Positions 58,846-64,000 of a DNA stretch of 64,000 nucleotides are shown here, piece by piece (positions within the stretch are counted from its first letter, which is position 1; the number at the start of each line of letters is the position of its first letter). The notes under the pieces are model-generated. The model was not told the origin of the DNA. It worked only from the letters and a program-made list of their open reading frames with translations, and did not search any database. The stretch is from Squalus acanthias (lineage: Eukaryota), in the NCBI GenBank assembly GCA_030390025.1, contig CM059432.1, forward strand, positions 91,576,001 through 91,640,000. The letters run 5' to 3'. The position numbers and the translations under genes were made by a program.

Positions 58846-59857
58846 CACAGCCCCAGGACATCACTGCAGGAGTTCCTCAGGGCTGTATCCTAGGCCCAAC
58901 CATCTTCAGCTGCTTCATCAATGACCTTCCCTCCATCATAAGGTCAAAAATGGGAATGTTCACTGATGACTGCACAGTGTTCAGTGCTATTTGAACTCCT
59001 CAGATGATGAAGCAGTCCATGCCCGCATGCAACAAGACCTGGACGACATTCAAGCTTGGGCTGATAAGTGGCAAGTAACATTTGCGTCACACAAGTGTCG
59101 GGCAATGACTATCTCCAACAAGCGAGAGTCTAACCACCGCCCTTTGACATTCAACGGCATTACCATCGCCGAATCCCCCACCATCAACATCCTGGGGGGT
59201 CACCATTGACCAGAAACTTAACTGGACCAGCCACATAAATAATGTGGCAACAAGAGCAGGTTAGAGGCTAGGTATTCTGCGGCGAGTGTCTCACCTCCTG
59301 ACTCCCCAAAGCCTTTCCACCATCTACAAGGCACAAGTCAGGAGTGTGATGGAATACTCTCCACTTGCCTGGATGAGTGCAGCTCCAACAACACTCAAGA
59401 AGCTCGACCCCATCCAGGACAAAGCAACCTGCTTGATTGGCACCCCATCCACCACTTTAAACATTCACACCCTCCACCACCGGCATACCGTGGCTGCAGT
59501 GTGTACCATCTACAAGATGCACTGCAGCAACTCGCCAAGGCTCCTTCGGCAGCACCTCTCAAACCCGTGACCTCTACCATCTGGAAGGACAAGGGCAGCA
59601 GGCGCATGGGAACACCACCACCTCCATGTTCCCCTCCAAGTTATACACCATCCTGACTTGGAAGTATATCTTCATCGTCGCTGGGTCAAAATCCTGGAAC
59701 TCCCTCCCTAATACACTGTGGGAGTACCTTCACCACACGGACTGCAGCAGTTCAAGAAGTCGGCTCACCACCACCTTCTCAAGGGCAATTAGGGATGAGC
59801 AATAAATGCTGGCCTTGCCAGCAATGCCCAGATCCTATGAACGTATAAAAAAAAAAG
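58846..59857 (+). mobile_element. Young CR1/L2-group LINE inserted into an older tRNA-SINE (head ~58700-58845, body ~59860-59945)
   Basis: AGVPQGCILGP through the 3' tail and poly(A); flanks resemble consecutive parts of the 1847 SINE. Confidence 0.85.
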
Positions 59858-59973
59858 AACCTGTCCTCCTGCATGGTCTGGCCTTCACATGACTCTAGTC
59901 CCATACTATATCTTTGACTGTTGCTGCCCTCTGAAGTTGGCCTAGAAAAGAAAAACAATTTCAAAAACACCAT

Positions 59974-62225
59974 GGCCTAGAAATTCGTGAACGCTACAAA
60001 AGTTGCCGGTACCACCGTGGGTGGGTATTAACAGCTGCTGAATATGGTGGTGCTGGTAATAGCAAATAATTGGCGCTGGGGACTAATTAACATTAGCCCA
60101 GCTCTAAACTCACTGTGCAATGCTATCCTGGTGGCATTCATCCGGTAGTAGGCCCCAATGTAGCATGGCCATAGCGTCAGTGCAGCTAGAACAGCCTGCT
60201 ATGAAAGCGAGGCTGTCATTTCAGAAAGTAGTATCGGTTTCTTAAAGGGGAACTGCCTTTTGAAATGAAAAAAATAAAAATCATGTAAAAATAGGCAGTT
60301 TTTAGCCCTTACAGCTCAATTGCCTTCTGGAAAAAAAATTAACATTAAAAAGAATTCCCAAATAGGAGTCTTCAGCTCTTGAAGCTGTATTGACTTCCGT
60401 ACCTAAAAAAATGGGAAAAGTGCTTCAGTAGTAACACAAATGGCTCAACAACCAGGGAAGGGGCACCCAGGGTCTCACACGCAGCACTCCAGCTTTCTGA
60501 GGGGGGATCAACACTGCAAGAGAGGACCCATAGGGACCAGGAGGCTCTCCAGAAAGAGCAATGTGGGACCACATCACCGAGGCCGTCACTGTCAGCAGTG
60601 TTGTCCCCTCCACCTGACTCCAGTGTCCAAAGAAGCTTCATGACCTCAGACCAGTGGTCAAGGTCAGTGAATGCATCTTCAAAAGCCGTCTCCTACCAAC
60701 TGCACCACTAGCCTCAAACACTTCTGAATGCACGACTCCGCACCCCCCCCCCCCCCCCCCCAATCACTCACCTACCAACAATCTGTACCAAACACACCTC
60801 CCATTCCTAACTTCACCTTACCCCCTTGGAGAAGACAGTGCTAGCCATTCTTGGCAGGGGCATGGCTCAGCTCTTGGCCAGCAGCGGGACTGAAAGGATA
60901 CAAGATGCTGGTATCCTCATACATTATCCTCATTCTCGCATGGACCTCTTGCTTTCCTACCCTCCCCTCACCACAACCCTTGTGCCTTCCTCATTTCACA
61001 CACCCAAGAAATGCAACCTGCCCAGCCAGTGGTTTACCAAGAAGAGGGAGAGGGAGAGGGAGAGGCAGAAAAAGATGAAGAAGAAGAAGAAGAAAAAGAC
61101 CACGATGACAACGACCATGACGACGACGATTTGAAGTGTCCCCCAGTCAGCAGTCTTCCACCAGCCATGCTGCAGCCACTGGAGTAGCACTGCATAACAT
61201 CACTTGGATAGGCAAAGGCACACACAAGTCAGTCACTAAGGGAATGCATAAGAGTAATGAGTTGATTTGTTGATTTCATATTGGATGGATAGATATATAA
61301 AGTTATATTGGAAATTTTGCTTTGTGGTGGCTTTTATTTCAGCATTGTGGCCAAGAGGACGCTGTGATGGTCAGTAACAGAGGGAAGATAAGGTGTGGGA
61401 CTAATGTTGAAAGGGGAATTGGGGTTGTGGTCACTGGTACCACAGGCAGATGATTCCATCCCTGATATCCCGGCCAGAAAGGGGCTGTCTGGGTTGCATC
61501 CTTCCTTCTGCTTCCTCCTCTTCTGCTTCCTCCTCTTCTGCTTCCTCCTCTTCTGCGTCTTCCTTTTCTGCGTCTTCCTCTTCCCTCTGCAAGCAGATGC
61601 TATAAATCTGAAATAAAAGCATAAAATGCTGGAAATACTCAGCAGGTCAGGTAGAATCTCGACCTGAGACATGAACTCTGTTTCTCGCTCCACGAATGCT
61701 GCCTGACCTGCTGAGTATTTCCAGCATTTTCTGTCTTCACAGAGGCCTTCCTTTACTATCCGAGGCCTTGCAAGTGTTCAACAGCACTCTCTGCCCACTT
61801 AAAAAACTTTTAACATGTATTGCACCAAGCCACGACTTCAATAAAATAAAAAAAACTCCAGTCCAAAAGCTTTAATGCAAACTTACCTGAAAGATGTGTG
61901 TGTCTCTTTAAGAGCGGCTGACAGCGGCTCTGTCAGTCTGCTGAACTCTCTGTTTTCAGAGCGAGCTTCGGGCCCAGCACTGAACTCAGCGCTAAGGTCG
62001 AAGTTCGTAGAGGTGACGTTAAGTCGGCGTTGCGCGCTGACTGGCATCACCCTCTCTTCATTTACATCTCCAGGGTCAGTCCTGCTATCGGCAGCGCAAA
62101 GGCCCTCACCAAAATGGCGGCCGCCGAGTCCTGCACAAGAGAAGGGCACTAGAGTGGTGGTCACCATTTTTCGTCAGGATAGAGGCGCATCCGGGTGCCG
62201 GTAAGTAGCCCAATTTTTCTGGACC
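59974..62225 (+). mobile_element. Non-autonomous Harbinger with a Myb remnant (+) and a transposase acidic-tail remnant (-)
   Basis: TIRs GGCCTAGAAATT / AATTTTTCTGGACC, TSD CAT. LQCPKKLHDLRPVVK|gtcagt. Simple repeats at 61043-61130 and 61505-61585. Confidence 0.85.
61604..61733. mobile_element. Inverted pair of Penelope pLTR fragments
   Basis: Perfect 29-bp inverted repeat (61623-61651 / 61702-61730) of the motif at 42250-42280. Confidence 0.8.
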
Positions 62226-63522
62226 CATGTTTTCAGAACAACTGGGGATGGGTAATAAATGCAGTTTTGTTAGTATTGTCCACATCCTGAGAATCATTTT
62301 TTTTGAAGTACCTTAAGGAGACACAGGTTCCAACTAGTAAAAGGCAAATTTTAGCTGCTATCAGGAACTTCTTCTTCACAAAGAGTAATCAATACATGAA
62401 TGGATTCCCAGATATAGTAGTGGAGATAACATCCTCAATTGGATGCCTCAATAGGAGGACCTTAGCTTTTTTATGGATGGATGAACTAAGATGAGCCGAA
62501 TGGCCCGCCTCATCTGTAGTTAACTTATAAATGCATTCCTGCCATGCCATTAGTAACAGACATTGCTTCCACATGACCATGCTCAGTGAAAAAACAGCCC
62601 TAATGGTTCCAATGAGATCAGTGAATCCCTGAGAGATACATGTCTGTATCCCAGCCTCAAACGCTTGGGGGTCAGAAGAGTCAGGCCTCTCCAATCTGGC
62701 ATCGCAGCCTCTTTGGCAGCAGTCTGAGCATCCGTGAAAGATGCACAGACTGCCCTAAAGGCCTCTGTCATGGAGACCTCCACTACACTTGTTCCAATGC
62801 AGACTGCAGTAACCATCCATTAGGGTATGACAGATGCAGGTACTGGATTCCTCCAATTAATCTGCCACAGTGTCAAAAACTGTTCCTAATGTCTGTACAA
62901 ATGTTTGATGCTCCGCAAGCATCCTTCTTTTAAAGGGCTTTCAACTCTCCTGCAGATCTCCCTGACATTCTTTGGGATACATAGTTCAATTAATTCTGGC
63001 AGAACAATTTTTGATGTGCTGGCTCCTTCAAGCTGCTGCACGCATTTAAATTCTGCAACAGCACATTCTTCCTGGCCCCCAAAACTCCAAACACCATCAT
63101 CGGGAGCTGATCGTAATATTAAAATTAGGCAGATCCTGGGAAATACAGAAGGTAGCCCAGTTCACTTCTGACGGACGGGAATTCTGCTCTGCTATTTTTG
63201 CCTGAGCAGTACAGTTTTGCTATATTTTGCATGTGCTCACTGCCAGAATTACCGCAGACAAGTAGATTCCCTCCGATGTTGTTTCCTAAAAAATTTTAAA
63301 TAAAGAGATGGAGACAGCATTGTCATAAATGAGATTTCAGAAATCTATACATCATTTACAGTGCATGATCAATAATTTACAGACTATTGCGATAGACCTA
63401 TAGAATACTAAGTCGCTCTCATGGGTATTTTAAGTAATTCAGCATGTAGAATAAGTGAAGGTTGTTACTGAACTGAACTCATTCAATGAATGTTGACAGT
63501 GAGGAGTATTTTGTCATTTATC

Positions 63523-64000
63523 AATCCCCCACCATCAACATCCTGGGGGTCACCATTGACCAGAAACTTAACTGGACCAGCCACATAAATACGGTGGCAA
63601 CAAGAGCAGATCAAAGGCTGGGTATTCTGCGGCAAGTGTCTCACCTCCTGACTCCCCAAAGCCTTTCCACCATCTACAAGGCACAAGTAAGGAGTGTGAT
63701 GGAATACTCTCCACTTGCCTGGACGAGTGCAGCTGCAACAACACTCAAGAAGCTCGACACCATCCAGGACAAAGCAGCCCGCTTGATTGGCACCCCATCG
63801 ACCACCTTAAACATTCACTCCCTCCACCACCGGCGTACCGTGGCTGCAGTATGTACCATCTAAAGATGCACTGCAACAACTCGCCAAGGCTTCTTCGGCA
63901 GCACCTCCCAAACCCGCAACCTCTACCACCTAGAAGGACAAGGACAGCAGGCGCATGGGAACACCACCACCTCCAAGTTCCCCTCCAAGTCACACACCAT
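63523..64000 (+). mobile_element. Young CR1/L2-group LINE fragment running off the window
   Basis: SPTINILGVTIDQKLNW...IHSLHHRR, near-identical to the 34.8, 38.1 and 59.2 kb copies. Confidence 0.88.

Noticed and set aside
60826..61693. Charged low-complexity ORFs
   Set aside because: Translations of simple repeats inside a non-autonomous Harbinger.

Overview
This is vertebrate genomic DNA, most likely a cartilaginous fish, inferred from the repeat repertoire (CR1, L2, Deu-domain SINEs, Penelope, RTE, many PIF/Harbinger elements). The only host gene I can support is PKIA (cAMP-dependent protein kinase inhibitor alpha), + strand. It has two coding exons (26441-26591, 28286-28368; 77 aa) and a repeat-free 3' UTR of about 2 kb. 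The first ~26 kb probably lies in its 5' intron(s) or upstream region. Most of the rest is nested transposons. Main observations: (1) a 1470-bp TG...CA solo LTR with a 4-bp TSD and a spuma/foamy-like layout, inserted in a Harbinger transposase; (2) a young RTE LINE with a 5' inversion of the twin-priming type and a 10-bp TSD; (3) two Penelope elements, each with a minimal hammerhead ribozyme; (4) a four-level TSD-supported transposon nest at 48-57 kb; (5) an overlapping uORF over the PKIA start codon; (6) a tRNA-SINE sharing its 3' tail with a young LINE family; (7) a 33-bp minisatellite with a 167-bp higher-order repeat. No database searches were run. Family names come from motif recognition, and boundaries without a TSD are approximate.
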